Shown here: positions 28,221 through 41,575 of the stretch, one piece after another
Position numbering within the stretch: position 1 is the stretch's first letter
Layout: the number at the start of each line of letters is the position of its first letter
From: a virus
Strand: one strand, 5' to 3'
DNA length: 64,000 nucleotides
Virus record (IMG/VR): IMGVR_UViG_3300042691_012617
Span: 64,001 to 128,000 of that record
Notes under the pieces: model-generated
Databases searched by the model: none
What the model saw: the letters and a program-made list of their open reading frames with translations, nothing else
What the model was told of the DNA's origin: nothing
Translations under genes and position numbers: made by a program

Positions 28221-30610
28221 GAGAAGCCCAAGCCTCCGACGAATCCATAAATCGTAGTTCCCGCATCGGGAGTCACAAAGGAGACTACATCCACTCCGCT
28301 GCTCGTCAGCACGGGTTTGATCCCACCCGCCCACTTGATGTTTCCGCCCCACGCAGTCATGCCCGTGCCCGTCATCAGACCACCGTTGGTAATGATCATC
28401 GTGACCGAGGCAGCACCTGATGAAGGGGGATTGGTGAAGTAGATCGCGGTCGCGCCTGTCGCGCCCGTGCCTACGCCCGTGAGGGTCTGCACCTGACCGT
28501 TTGCAAAACTGATGTTTGCAGTACGCAAAGAGCCGTTGGCATATACGCCTTCGTTGACGATCTTTGTTCCGTAGATCGTCGTGGTGTCGGTGGCTGCATT
28601 GCCTAGAGTTGCATTGCCATTTACATCAAGATTGCTGTTGAATGTCGCACCCGAGGAAACATAAAGAGAACTTGCAGAAAGACCAAACCCAATAGAAACA
28701 GCCGAATCAAGCGACATACTTGCCGCATTCATGTAAATGTTGGAATTGACATCATCGACTTGAATGTATGTGTTGTTTCCCCCATAGTTTCCGTCAAAAT
28801 CGCCAATCGTAATTGGATTGCCCGCTGCTTGGACTAGGCGCAAGTTAGAGCCACCAAACGCTTGAACAAAATTATCGACACCAGGTGTTAGTTCAAGGTG
28901 CCGTACTGCGGAACCGATTCTCAGCGTTTCGGTTGACGAATCGAATTGGAGACCATCGTCCGCAGAGAGAGATCCGTTCGAATTGAATTGGACATATGTG
29001 TTTGCTCCTGCCGCAGTCACATTGATCGTGACGGTGTTGCCCGATGTGGTGGTGGAGATGTTGTTCCCCGCGACAATGGTCTGTCCCGTGACTTGATAGG
29101 AAGCCGCAAGATCAACAGCACCCGCAGCAGATACGCTGAAACGAGTTGCGTTGAATGATGCAACACCCGTTACGCTTGAGGTAGCAACACGATTGTCAAT
29201 CGTTACCGTGTTGCCCGAAGTCGATATAAGTTGAGAAGAACCACCCGAGACAACTGTTTGACCCGTGACTTGATAGGCAGATCCGAGTTTGACATGTCCC
29301 GTAGTATCAACCGTAAAGTGGACATTGTTGAAAGATGCAACACCCGTGGCGGCTGTGGTTGCAAGACGATTGGTTACAACAGTATTGCCTAGGACAAGGC
29401 TAGAGCCGCCGTCTCCCGTAAGGCTGATGTTTCCTGTCAGACCGTTGAACGAAGTGACACCGATGTTGTAAAGGGTATCTGTTCTTCCTGAAGTAACGAG
29501 ACCAATGCCCGATCCCGCTACTGTAATGACTGTGTCACCTGTAACAGAAAATGAAGCGTTTAGACCCACTTTTCCTTGGGCATCAACATTGAAGATCAGA
29601 CCATCGAAAGATGCGACTCCTGTGACCGATGCAGACGCAACTGGAAAAGCCGCACTTACGGTTTTGCTCTTGCCGTTTGTCACAACGACAATATTCGTTC
29701 CTTGGATTACCGTATCTCCTGTTGCCTGAAACGCAGCAACAAGATCTACATTACCTGTTAGTGATACTGTAAACCGCGATGGATTAAAAGAGGCTGTGCC
29801 CGTAAGAGAGTTGGTGGCAAGAGGAACAGAATATGTAATTGCACCCGTGAGACCATTGAAGGTCTGAACACCAATATTGTTGATGGTCTTTCCTGCACCG
29901 ATGTTGATGAAGGAACCCGCTTGCACAGTATCTCCAGTTGCTTGATACGCAGACCCGAGTTTGACATGCCCCGTGGTGTCCACCGTGAAGTGAACATTGT
30001 TGAATGAAGCAACTCCCGTAAGGGATGTCGATGCGAATCTTGCCGTGACTCTGTTGTTGTCTTTGCCCTGTACTGCGGCACCATCTCCCGTGAGCGAAAC
30101 AGTTCCTGTCAGACCATTGAACGAAGTGACACCGATGTTGTAAAGGGTATCTGTTCTTCCTGAAGTAACGAGACCAATGCCCGATCCCGCTACTGTAATG
30201 ACTGTGTCACCCGTGACTTGATATGGAGCAGCAAGTTTCACATGTCCAGTACCATCAACGGTGAAGTGAGTGTTGTTGAATGAAGCGACACCTGTGGCTG
30301 AGGTGGAAGCAAGACGGGCACCAAAAGTGGTGGTTGTTCCCGATACGGTTTGCAGGATCGCGCCTGATCCTGTGATCTGTACGGCACCAGTTGTGCCATT
30401 TACAGACGACACTACCTTGGATAAACCTGCAAAAGCACCCGACAGATCCTTTGTCTGTGACAAATACAGTACAGAGCCATTGATGTTCTTCAGGAAAATC
30501 CGCTCATCGGCGGTGTTGATTGCCAATTCACCAGTTGCAAGATCAACAGCAGCAGGGGTGTTTCCTGTCGTAGACGAAGTGTAGTGCTGAATTGTGCTTT
30601 CTTTGGGCAT
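28217..30610 (-). CDS. Tail fibre protein (TGVASF repeats)
   Basis: GELAINTADERIF N-domain; repeats; C-terminal IKWAGG.KP.LT..GVD.VSF domain; CTAAATA 30629-30635. Confidence 0.8.
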   Translation of the reverse strand: MPKESTIQHYTSSTTGNTPAAVDLATGELAINTADERIFLKNINGSVLYLSQTKDLSGAFAGLSKVVSSVNGTTGAVQITGSGAILQTVSGTTTTFGARLASTSATGVASFNNTHFTVDGTGHVKLAAPYQVTGDTVITVAGSGIGLVTSGRTDTLYNIGVTSFNGLTGTVSLTGDGAAVQGKDNNRVTARFASTSLTGVASFNNVHFTVDTTGHVKLGSAYQATGDTVQAGSFINIGAGKTINNIGVQTFNGLTGAITYSVPLATNSLTGTASFNPSRFTVSLTGNVDLVAAFQATGDTVIQGTNIVVVTNGKSKTVSAAFPVASASVTGVASFDGLIFNVDAQGKVGLNASFSVTGDTVITVAGSGIGLVTSGRTDTLYNIGVTSFNGLTGNISLTGDGGSSLVLGNTVVTNRLATTAATGVASFNNVHFTVDTTGHVKLGSAYQVTGQTVVSGGSSQLISTSGNTVTIDNRVATSSVTGVASFNATRFSVSAAGAVDLAASYQVTGQTIVAGNNISTTTSGNTVTINVTAAGANTYVQFNSNGSLSADDGLQFDSSTETLRIGSAVRHLELTPGVDNFVQAFGGSNLRLVQAAGNPITIGDFDGNYGGNNTYIQVDDVNSNIYMNAASMSLDSAVSIGFGLSASSLYVSSGATFNSNLDVNGNATLGNAATDTTTIYGTKIVNEGVYANGSLRTANISFANGQVQTLTGVGTGATGATAIYFTNPPSSGAASVTMIITNGGLMTGTGMTAWGGNIKWAGGIKPVLTSSGVDVVSFVTPDAGTTIYGFVGGLGFS

Positions 30611-30631
30611 AACGATTACCTGTATCCCTAT

Positions 30632-33600
30632 TTAGAAGTTCCCACCCGAGACAATACCGATGAAGCGTGTTGCAGTTACAGTTTGTGTAAATGTTGCCCC
30701 TGTACCCGAAAGATAGGGAATGTTCACATTGTCGGGCAATCCGATTGTGATGTTTGGGCAGGAGTTGGAAACTACCACTTCATTCGTAGTTCCTGTGATG
30801 ACGATGGCACCCGTACATCCATTGATATTTCCAACTACTGTAACATCACCTGTCACGCCGTTAAGGCTTTTGACTGTATTTTGTGCGATGTATGTGAAAG
30901 CGTCTCCGCTCTTGAGCAACTTTGTCTCGTTTGCCGTGACGGGAGCGGTAAGAACCTCAAACTCAATGTTCGTGGAGGACTTGGACTTTACGAACTGAGA
31001 AGACTTGCTGTTGAAGATCGTATCGTTGTCGAGAAGAATTCTCTCAGACTTCATCCGCTTGGTCTTGACCAAACCAGTTTCGCTTGCATCATAGAAAAGG
31101 ATGAAGTCATTTGTTGGGTCGAGCGTGGTTGCGGAGTTGAATGTCAGGTTGCCGACATCAAAATACAGGTAGGATAGAGAACCATCCGAGGAAGATGATG
31201 CGCCCAATCCTGTGAACTGCTTAGAAAATGATCCATTTTCTCCACCACCAACAAAACCCTGAGATCTAAGTTGCACCAAACCATATTGCGGTTTTACGAC
31301 AAAATGCGCGATGTCGAAGTAACCAACACCCGTAAGACCATGTTCGACATTTCCTTCACTATATCCCTCATAAGTGGATAGCGATGTACCTGCACCTGGT
31401 TGTCCTGATGGTATTCCGTTGTTAGTCACGATCACACTTGATGTGTGTCTTGCCGTGACCCTTTTTGTGTTCCCACTTACAGTAGAAACCCATATTGCTC
31501 CGCTTGTTGCACCATTCGCACCATCGGGAAGTATCGTATCTCCTGTTGCACCACCACCCGCAGAAGAGGCAATTGTGATCGTGTTTCCTGATCGGGTGAA
31601 TGTAATGTTGGTTCCTGCGGTGATATTCACTTTGCCCGTAAGTCCAACATCCGTACTGCCTAGACCAATTCCAGTAACACCGACATTATAAATGATCTTT
31701 CCAGTACCTACGGCAATTCCCGAACCCGCTTGAACCGTATCACCCGTGACTGCGTAGGATCCCGTGAGGACTAGATGTCCTGTGGAACCGATGCCAAAGA
31801 AACGGGGATCGAATGATGCAATTCCTGTCAGCGTGTACGACCCAAGTCTTGTTGTGATTCTGTTGTTGTCTTTGCCTTGTACTGCGCCACCATCACCTGT
31901 GAGCGAAACATTTCCCGTCAGACCATTGAATGATGTGACACCGATGTTGTACAGAGTTTCTGTATTTCCCGAAGTGACAATACCAATTCCCGAACCCGAA
32001 ACAGTAACCACCGTGTCGCCCGTGACTGCGTAGGATCCCGTGAGGACTAGATGTCCTGTGGAACCGATGCCAAAGAAACGGGGGTCAAAAGATGCAACGC
32101 CAGTAAGAGTGTATGATGCGCGACGAGCAGCAATCGTATCGTTTGATACCCCATAGACCGCACCACCGTCACCTGTTAGAGTTACTACTGAGGCAAGACC
32201 ATTTACTGTCAACACACCTGTGTTTGATATGTTGATGTACGGGTCTAGGAGGGTCGGTTCATTGTCCCAAGCAGCAACAACACTAATTCCGCTACTGGAA
32301 CGAATTTGCGGGCCTTTTTGGTACCAAGTCGGGGTAGTAACAGCCGTATATCCCTGAACAGTAAGTGCGCGAACCCCCGTATTCTCAATAACGATATTTC
32401 CCGTTAGCGAACTTACACGAATTCCATTAACGCCTGCTTGACCGTATGAAAGGGTTCCTGTTGTAACACCTGTCACTCCTGAATTCGTAATGACTTTGCC
32501 TGTACCGATTACGATTCCCGATCCTGCCTGTACGGTATCTCCCGTGACCTGATACGCGCCCGTGAGGACGAGATGTCCCGTTGAGCCGATGCCAAAGAAG
32601 CGAGGATCATAAGATGCAACACCTGTCAGCGTATAAGACGATAGTCTTGCGGTGATGAAAGCATCAAACTCACCTTGAATTGCACCACCATCACCCGTGA
32701 CAACAGTAGCCGCAGCAACCGTAAAGTTTCCGTTCGCATCGGGTGCTTGACTGTTGATGGTGATGACACCCTTGCTGCGGACATGACCCGAAGATCCTAC
32801 AGCAAAATGAGATGCGTCAAAAGACGCAACACCCGTCATGGCATTATCGCCAACGACTCGTACTGTAATAGAGTTGTTCAGTTTGCCTTGGACAGCACCG
32901 CCGTCACCCGTGAGACTCACATTTCCTGTCAGCCCGTTGAACGCGGTGACACCGATGTTGTTGATTGTCTTGGTCGTTCCCGACTGCGAGAAGTTGATTG
33001 CTGAACCCGCAACTATTGTGTCGCCCGTGACCTGATATGGAGATGTTAGCGCAACTCTTCCATCACCACGAACAAAGAAATGGCTATCGTTAAACCAAGA
33101 AACCCCCAAAGTTCCCGCTGTGTCGGCTTGTTGAGCAAAAACACTAACAACTGGAGGATTGCCATTTGGTTGTGTTGCCACCACGGAGACAGCAGTTCCA
33201 CCCGTAATCACTACTAGACCACCACCGATCAAGTCTTTTGTATCGGTGCCATATTGATCTCTTATCGAAAGAGTTCCTCCCGCAATCTGAATCAAATTCC
33301 CCGCTGATCTGAACAGGGTGATGTTTGATCCTGAGGTGATGTTGATCTTACCTGTGAGACCCGCATCGTTGTTTCCAAAACCGATACCTGTGACACCGAT
33401 GTTGTAAAGAGTATCTGTTCTTCCATTTGTAACGATACCGATACCTGAACCCACAACCGTGATGACGGTATCGCCCGTGGCTTGATAGGCAGCAGCAAGT
33501 TGAACATGCCCTGTCGCATCAACTAGGAAATGAGTATCACGGAAAGATGCGAGACCTGTTGCTCCCGCTGCCGTAGTCAACCTTGTGGTAATTGTATTGT

Positions 33601-35107
33601 TCAGTTTGCCTTGGACAGCACCGCCGTCACCCGTGAGACTCACATTCCCCGTCAGCCCGTTGAAACTTGTCACACCAATGTTGTACAAAGTATCTGTTTT
33701 GCCCGATGTGACAATGCCGATACCCGATCCCGCAACGGTGATGACTGTGTCGCCCGTGGCTTGATAGGCAGCAGCAAGTTGAACATGCCCTGTTGCATCG
33801 ACTAGGAAATGAGTGTCACGGAAAGAAGCAAGGCCTGTTGCCCCTGCCGCCGTGGTCAACCTTGTCGTAATTGTATTGTTCAGTTTGCCTTGGACAGCAC
33901 CACCGTCACCCGTGAGCGAGACACTTCCTGTCAATCCATTGAATGCGGTGACACCGATGTTGTTGATGACCTTGCCAGTTCCGATGTTGATTGCAGAACC
34001 CGCCTGAATCGTGTCTCCCGTGACTTGATACGAACCCGTAAGGACAAGATGTCCCGAGGTGCCGATACCAAAGTGACGAGGATCAAACGATGCAACACCC
34101 GTCAGCGTGTAAGAACCAAATCTTGCACCAATAGTGTTGTTCGTTGCACCATAGATTGCGCCGCCATCACCTGTAAGCGTCACGGCACCCGTCAATCCAT
34201 TGAACGCTGTGACACCAATGTTGTTGATTGTCTTGCCAGTTCCAATATTGATTGCAGAACCCGCTTGAACCGTGTCACCTGTGACTTGATATGCGCCTGT
34301 AAGTACTACATGCCCCGAGGCACCGATACCAAAGAAGCGTGAATCAAAAGATGCAACACCTGTGAGAGTGTAAGATCCGAGCCTAGCACCAATTCTGTTG
34401 TTTCCATAACCAAATACACCACCACCATCACCTGTTAGTGATACTGCACCCGTCAATCCATTGAATGCCGTGACACCAATGTTATTGATAACCTTGCCAG
34501 TTCCGATGTTGATAGCAGAACCAGCCTGAATGGTGTCGCCCGTGACTTGATACGCGCCCGTGAGAACAAGGTGACCTGAAGTGCCGATGCCGAAGAAGCG
34601 CGGGTCGAACGATGCGATACCTGTCAGCGTGTAAGAACCAAGTCTTGTCGTGATAAATGCGTCTGCTTTGCCCTGAACTGCTCCACCGTCACCCGTAACA
34701 ACAGTAGCAGCGGCAATGCTAAAGTTTCCGTTCGCATCGGGTGCTTGACTGTTGATGGTGATGACACCCTTGCTGCGGACATGACCCGAAGATCCTACAG
34801 CAAAATGAGATGCGTCAAAAGACGCAACACCCGTCATGGCATTATCGCCAACGACTCGTACTGTAATAGAGTTGTTCAGTTTGCCTTGGACAGCACCGCC
34901 GTCACCCGTGATCGAAACATTTCCTGTCAGCCCGTTTACACCAGTAACGCTATACGAGTCAGTTGTAAATTGGATAAGTGAGCCATTGGTTCCACCAATG
35001 AACAACTTGCCATCTACAAGATTTGCAGCGATTTCGCCCGATGTCAGAGAGGGGGTAGCACCCGCGACATCTGATCTGTATATCCGAATGTATTCTTCAC
35101 GCGCCAT
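30632..35107 (-). CDS. Long tail fibre protein (1491 aa, TGVASF repeats)
   Basis: GEIAANLVDGKLFIG N-domain; many TGDGG..TG(V/I/L)ASF..YQVTGDT..NIGVT.FNGLTG repeats; ends GGNF. Confidence 0.8.
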   Translation of the reverse strand: MAREEYIRIYRSDVAGATPSLTSGEIAANLVDGKLFIGGTNGSLIQFTTDSYSVTGVNGLTGNVSITGDGGAVQGKLNNSITVRVVGDNAMTGVASFDASHFAVGSSGHVRSKGVITINSQAPDANGNFSIAAATVVTGDGGAVQGKADAFITTRLGSYTLTGIASFDPRFFGIGTSGHLVLTGAYQVTGDTIQAGSAINIGTGKVINNIGVTAFNGLTGAVSLTGDGGGVFGYGNNRIGARLGSYTLTGVASFDSRFFGIGASGHVVLTGAYQVTGDTVQAGSAINIGTGKTINNIGVTAFNGLTGAVTLTGDGGAIYGATNNTIGARFGSYTLTGVASFDPRHFGIGTSGHLVLTGSYQVTGDTIQAGSAINIGTGKVINNIGVTAFNGLTGSVSLTGDGGAVQGKLNNTITTRLTTAAGATGLASFRDTHFLVDATGHVQLAAAYQATGDTVITVAGSGIGIVTSGKTDTLYNIGVTSFNGLTGNVSLTGDGGAVQGKLNNTITTRLTTAAGATGLASFRDTHFLVDATGHVQLAAAYQATGDTVITVVGSGIGIVTNGRTDTLYNIGVTGIGFGNNDAGLTGKINITSGSNITLFRSAGNLIQIAGGTLSIRDQYGTDTKDLIGGGLVVITGGTAVSVVATQPNGNPPVVSVFAQQADTAGTLGVSWFNDSHFFVRGDGRVALTSPYQVTGDTIVAGSAINFSQSGTTKTINNIGVTAFNGLTGNVSLTGDGGAVQGKLNNSITVRVVGDNAMTGVASFDASHFAVGSSGHVRSKGVITINSQAPDANGNFTVAAATVVTGDGGAIQGEFDAFITARLSSYTLTGVASYDPRFFGIGSTGHLVLTGAYQVTGDTVQAGSGIVIGTGKVITNSGVTGVTTGTLSYGQAGVNGIRVSSLTGNIVIENTGVRALTVQGYTAVTTPTWYQKGPQIRSSSGISVVAAWDNEPTLLDPYINISNTGVLTVNGLASVVTLTGDGGAVYGVSNDTIAARRASYTLTGVASFDPRFFGIGSTGHLVLTGSYAVTGDTVVTVSGSGIGIVTSGNTETLYNIGVTSFNGLTGNVSLTGDGGAVQGKDNNRITTRLGSYTLTGIASFDPRFFGIGSTGHLVLTGSYAVTGDTVQAGSGIAVGTGKIIYNVGVTGIGLGSTDVGLTGKVNITAGTNITFTRSGNTITIASSAGGGATGDTILPDGANGATSGAIWVSTVSGNTKRVTARHTSSVIVTNNGIPSGQPGAGTSLSTYEGYSEGNVEHGLTGVGYFDIAHFVVKPQYGLVQLRSQGFVGGGENGSFSKQFTGLGASSSSDGSLSYLYFDVGNLTFNSATTLDPTNDFILFYDASETGLVKTKRMKSERILLDNDTIFNSKSSQFVKSKSSTNIEFEVLTAPVTANETKLLKSGDAFTYIAQNTVKSLNGVTGDVTVVGNINGCTGAIVITGTTNEVVVSNSCPNITIGLPDNVNIPYLSGTGATFTQTVTATRFIGIVSGGNF
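32723..34911. repeat. ~190-bp exact direct repeat (32723-32913 and 34721-34911) within fibre gene
   Basis: Both copies read identically from AAAGTTTCCGTTCGCATC to GTCACCCGTGA. Confidence 0.85.
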
Positions 35108-35141
35108 GGTCGATCATACCTTCGCAGAACATTTGATACAG

Positions 35142-35174
35142 TATGTAGACAGCCTCCCCACAAGGAGGAGGCTG
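35142..35174 (-). promoter_or_regulatory. Hairpin followed by late-promoter variant CTACATA
   Basis: CAGCCTCC..GGAGGCTG stem (35150-35174) abutting TATGTAG (35142-35148). Confidence 0.55.
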
Positions 35175-35195
35175 CTCAAAGATCGTCTTTTGCGA

Positions 35196-36917
35196 TCAGA
35201 AGGTGCCGCCATCGATCTTAGCAACGACCGTGGCAACTGAGTATCCCGATCCTGCATCGTTGACGAAGGTGGTGGGTTCGACACCACCCGACAGCCCCGT
35301 AAAGAATTTGAACTTGCCGCTGTCGGAGGCATCCCTGAAGATACCCGCAAACCGCTTACCGCTGCTTGTGTACTGTCCATAGAAACCGAGGTCAACGCTG
35401 TCGGCTGCGTTACCTGTTCCCAACATGATCAGGGGGTCTTCAACAACGAATGAATCAACATTTGCTGTAACTACCGTTCCGTTGACTGTTAGGTTTCCTG
35501 GAATTGTTACATCATTTGGAAGACCAATTGTAAAGGTGGTTGTCGATCTGCTTACATCGATCTGATTTGCTGCACCCGTGATAGTGATCGAACCGCCAAG
35601 CGCAACAGTAGATCCGCTGTCTGCGCTACTTGCCTTGAGTCCAATTGTGTTTGAGGAAAGTGTAACAAGCCCCGCTGTGCTGACATTAAAGTTTGAAGAC
35701 GAGAACGAAGCAACACCAGTAACGCTTGCGGATGCAATACGATTGTCAATAGTTACTGTGTTTCCCGAAGTGGAGACCAACAGGGATGGACCGCCCGAAA
35801 CAACAGTTTGACCTGTGACTTGGAATGGGGCGGTAGGGGTTACAAGACCCGCTGCACTTACTGAGTAGTAAGTCGAATTAAAAGCAGCAACACCTGTCAG
35901 GGTCGCAGTAGCCACTCTGTTTGTGATCGTGTTGTTTCCAACCACCGACTGAGAACCACCATCGCCCGTGATGGTGATTGCACCTGTGAGACCATTAAAA
36001 GTCTGCACACCGATGTTGTTGATGGTCTTGCCTGCACCGATGTTGATGAACGAACCCGCTTGTACCGTGTCGCCCGTGACCTGATATGCAGCAGCAAGAT
36101 CAACTAATCCCGCAGCAGAAACCGTGAATCGTGTTCCGTTGAAAGATGCAACGCCAGTAACGCTAGAGGTTGCAATACGGTTGTCAATCGTTACCGTATT
36201 GCCCGAGGTCGATACTAGTTGTGAGGAACCGCCCGAAACAACTGTCTGTCCCGTGACTTGGAACGCAGCAAGCAGATCGACATTTCCCGTAAGAGAAACT
36301 TGGAATCTGTTAGGATTGAACGATGCGGTACCTGTCAGCGATGTTGTGGCAAGGGGTACAGTAAAAGAGACTGCCCCCGTCAAACCATTGAATGTCTGAA
36401 CGCCGATGTTGTTGATCGTCTTTCCTGCACCAATGTTGATGAAGGAACCCGCTTGAACCGTATCGCCCGTGACCTGATATGCAGCAGCAAGTTTGACATG
36501 TCCAGTTGTGTCTACCGTGAAATGGGTATTGCTGAAAGAGGCGACACCTGTAACGCTTGTGGAAGCAAATCTTGCACCAAATGTTGTGGTGGTTCCCGAT
36601 ACAGTTTGTGTGATCGCACCCGATCCCGTGACAGTAAGATTGCCACCCGTACCGTTCAGGGAGTTGACAACGCTGCCACCACCGACTATACCATCGACAT
36701 ATGTCTTGACAGCGGATTGCGTGGGGATAGCGTACTGACTGTTTGTAGAGAGACTTCCGCTAGTGACTTGGGCACCGACCCAAATCGAATTCCCCGCAGC
36801 ATCACCAACGAACAACTTTTCGTTTACATCTGAATAGGCAAGTTCACCGAATGTCAGACCTGTTGGAGTGTCTGTTCCAGTTGAACGAAGAATTTGAATC
36901 GTACTCTCGCGGGGCAT
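35196..36917 (-). CDS. Tail fibre protein (TGVASF repeats)
   Basis: MPRESTIQ..GELAY..EKLF N-domain; repeats; GNLTVNGT..VEDPLIML..DLGFYG C-domain; ends KIDGGTF; AGGAG RBS, CTAAATA 36940-36946. Confidence 0.8.
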   Translation of the reverse strand: MPRESTIQILRSTGTDTPTGLTFGELAYSDVNEKLFVGDAAGNSIWVGAQVTSGSLSTNSQYAIPTQSAVKTYVDGIVGGGSVVNSLNGTGGNLTVTGSGAITQTVSGTTTTFGARFASTSVTGVASFSNTHFTVDTTGHVKLAAAYQVTGDTVQAGSFINIGAGKTINNIGVQTFNGLTGAVSFTVPLATTSLTGTASFNPNRFQVSLTGNVDLLAAFQVTGQTVVSGGSSQLVSTSGNTVTIDNRIATSSVTGVASFNGTRFTVSAAGLVDLAAAYQVTGDTVQAGSFINIGAGKTINNIGVQTFNGLTGAITITGDGGSQSVVGNNTITNRVATATLTGVAAFNSTYYSVSAAGLVTPTAPFQVTGQTVVSGGPSLLVSTSGNTVTIDNRIASASVTGVASFSSSNFNVSTAGLVTLSSNTIGLKASSADSGSTVALGGSITITGAANQIDVSRSTTTFTIGLPNDVTIPGNLTVNGTVVTANVDSFVVEDPLIMLGTGNAADSVDLGFYGQYTSSGKRFAGIFRDASDSGKFKFFTGLSGGVEPTTFVNDAGSGYSVATVVAKIDGGTF

Positions 36918-36950
36918 TGTCAATTTCTCCTAGGGTAGGTATTTAGTGTC

Positions 36951-39386
<2,436 letters not shown>

Positions 39387-39429
39387 CGTAAACCCAAGGG
39401 GGGCAGTTTACGAGGTATTTAGGGGTGCC

Positions 39430-40110
39430 TCATTTGGCAGTCAATGCCTTCCACGAAACAGGAAACAAAGGTTCAATAAGAGTGGAAATGGCATCGGCGT
39501 ATTGCCGAACTTCCCATTGTGCATGGGGATCCGAACGCAAGGCGTACACACGGGCATACGCAGCGAGACTGCCTGTCCACCACCATTCCGTGTAAGTCCC
39601 CTGTGGAAGGATGAACCGTGCCTGCTCAGGTGCGACCCCCGAGCCGATCAGGAAGTTGTAATACCCGTGGGCTTTTGCTATCGATTCTTCGTAGATCTGT
39701 GTCAGGTGTTCCGTCATCGCATCGTGGTCGATGAAGTCCTCGCTGCCCTGCTTGGCACCATTCGTGGGCTTTGATCGCCATTGTGGGATGTAGAACTCAG
39801 GCTCGTTCGTCACATAGCGACGAGACACTTCGTTCTCCACGAACCCCTGCTTGTGCTTGAAGAGTTGTGTGCGGATGGAGATCGGTGCCTTGATACGCAG
39901 GGTGATCTGCGGATGTGCGAAAGGAGTCCAATGGTTGTGCTTGGCAAGATAGTTGATGAGTTTTTCGTCTCGCTCACCGAACTCTTCGCTTTCCTTGCTG
40001 AATGATACACGGGCAGCATTGACAACCGTTAGGTCATCACCCATGTGAGAGACATATTGAACAAATCCCACCCCGTCCAAAACGGGGATCGATTCACGAA
40101 CTGCTTCCAT
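39430..40110 (-). CDS. thyX: Flavin-dependent thymidylate synthase
   Basis: VVNAARVSF, HWTPF.H, KHK..NEVSRRY, PEQARFILPQ, HAQWEVR. Confidence 0.95.
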   Translation of the reverse strand: MEAVRESIPVLDGVGFVQYVSHMGDDLTVVNAARVSFSKESEEFGERDEKLINYLAKHNHWTPFAHPQITLRIKAPISIRTQLFKHKQGFVENEVSRRYVTNEPEFYIPQWRSKPTNGAKQGSEDFIDHDAMTEHLTQIYEESIAKAHGYYNFLIGSGVAPEQARFILPQGTYTEWWWTGSLAAYARVYALRSDPHAQWEVRQYADAISTLIEPLFPVSWKALTAK

Positions 40111-40113
40111 TGT

Positions 40114-40356
40114 TTACTCCTGCTCTTGTGGTTCCTGAGTCGTATTGATGGCTCCGCGAATCTCAGGCTTGATCGCGTCGATTCGCTCTCCTACCTTTTG
40201 GTAGAGGGAAGCATAGATTGCTTCCTTGGCTTCGCTTGCCTTGCCATCCATGACTAGGTCGATGATCGTGGGGACATCACCAATGATCTCATCGGTATCG
40301 GTCTCAGCCACATCAACTTCGTTTTCCATGATCTCGTCATTCTCTTCGGGGTTCAT
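40114..40356 (-). CDS. Small acidic late protein (prohead core-like)
   Basis: Acidic, IIDLV.DG.ASEAKEAI...L..K..ERI; GGAGG RBS; CTAAATA 40374-40380. Confidence 0.5.
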   Translation of the reverse strand: MNPEENDEIMENEVDVAETDTDEIIGDVPTIIDLVMDGKASEAKEAIYASLYQKVGERIDAIKPEIRGAINTTQEPQEQE

Positions 40357-40372
40357 TCAGAGTCCTCCATGG

Positions 40373-41404
40373 CTATTTAGCCCACCTCTTCATGGCAATA
40401 TGTCCCGCAAGTCCTGAAAATGCATTTCTTATGATGTCATGTTGGATGTTTGTCCTGCCGTTCCCTGCAAGAACCATGTCATTGATATCCTTCAACCCAC
40501 GGAATCTCTCAGACCAAACACATACCTTATGACCGTCCTCCAAAAGACGCTCCATCGCTTCGGCAACTTGCTTGTTGCGAGGCTCATTGTCCAATGCATA
40601 GATTAGGTCTGAATCCTTCAGTTCATCGGGAATATTCGTGGCATCCGACAATCCGACCATGGCTACGCAGTTGTCCAAGAACAGACTGTCCAATGGACCT
40701 TCGACTACGATGACTTGCTTCTTGGGATCGCATCTGTCCAAGCCATACCATGTCTTTCCCGCGTCCTTGTCTGCCTTGACTGTCAGATATCGAATGGTGC
40801 TTCGATCAGGCTTACCATTCCCAATGATACGACCCTGTGCGCCAACCACCTTGCCATCTGTATCCAAGATCGGAATGACGATTCGTTCATCATCCCCTGC
40901 CTGTACATCGGGGTCAATGTTCTTAGCCCACTCGCCATAATCCTCTGAGTAATAGAGCCGACTCAGACTTTCCTTTGGCAAGCGTCTCTTGTGTGCCCAC
41001 TTGACGGCGGGGTGATCGTCAGGCAGGGAATCCAATCGGGGAAGAAGGGCGAGGATCTTATCCTCTCTACGCACGGGCGCGTGTGGGAGCGCGTCCGCGT
41101 GTGTGCGCGTGTGCCCGTGCGAGACCCCCGTTTCCTTGAGTACTTCGAAGATGTACTGCTTGTATAGATTGGGATCTAGCATCTTCAACAGCCAACCTAT
41201 GCTTGCGCTATAGTCGCAGTTGTGACACTTGCAGGAAAAGGATCCCTTCTTCTCGTACAGATAGAACCGAGCCTTGCTCTTGCTCTTCTGACTGTCACCA
41301 CACATGGGACATCGACACACCGCAAGACTCTGCTTCTTCCATTGAAAGCGGTCTAGGCGTGGTGATAGCAAGTTGATGTACTTCGTGTCGATGTGGATCG
41401 GCAT
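40373..41404 (-). CDS. 61: DNA primase gp61
   Basis: CRCPMCGDS..K.KAR..CHNC zinc finger; VVEGPLDSLF, DNEPRN, KDINDM Toprim motifs. Confidence 0.95.
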   Translation of the reverse strand: MPIHIDTKYINLLSPRLDRFQWKKQSLAVCRCPMCGDSQKSKSKARFYLYEKKGSFSCKCHNCDYSASIGWLLKMLDPNLYKQYIFEVLKETGVSHGHTRTHADALPHAPVRREDKILALLPRLDSLPDDHPAVKWAHKRRLPKESLSRLYYSEDYGEWAKNIDPDVQAGDDERIVIPILDTDGKVVGAQGRIIGNGKPDRSTIRYLTVKADKDAGKTWYGLDRCDPKKQVIVVEGPLDSLFLDNCVAMVGLSDATNIPDELKDSDLIYALDNEPRNKQVAEAMERLLEDGHKVCVWSERFRGLKDINDMVLAGNGRTNIQHDIIRNAFSGLAGHIAMKRWAK

Positions 41405-41416
41405 TAGATTTGGAAT

Positions 41417-41445
41417 ACTGTACCCCACGATCTGTGGGGTGTCAA
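41417..41445 (-). promoter_or_regulatory. sigma70-type promoter for primase
   Basis: TTGACA-17 nt-TACAGT; spacer CCCCAC-N5-GTGGGG. Confidence 0.65.
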
Positions 41446-41575
41446 GTAAAATCGCCCATGATGAGCAAAGTTATAGGATGTTATGACTTGACGATTTTGG
41501 AAATCGACAAATACAAAATCTTATCAATCTACTTAAAAGTCAGCAGATTCTTATTGACATGCTTATAGATAGCCG

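Noticed and set aside
35114-35395. 93-aa minus ORF overlapping the end of the fibre gene
   Set aside because: Out-of-frame overlap; the gap is better explained by a hairpin plus late promoter.
28217-36917. Fibre repeats as DGR template/variable repeats or an invertible cassette
   Set aside because: Copies are in-frame direct repeats without adenine-specific mismatches; no reverse transcriptase or invertase in the window.
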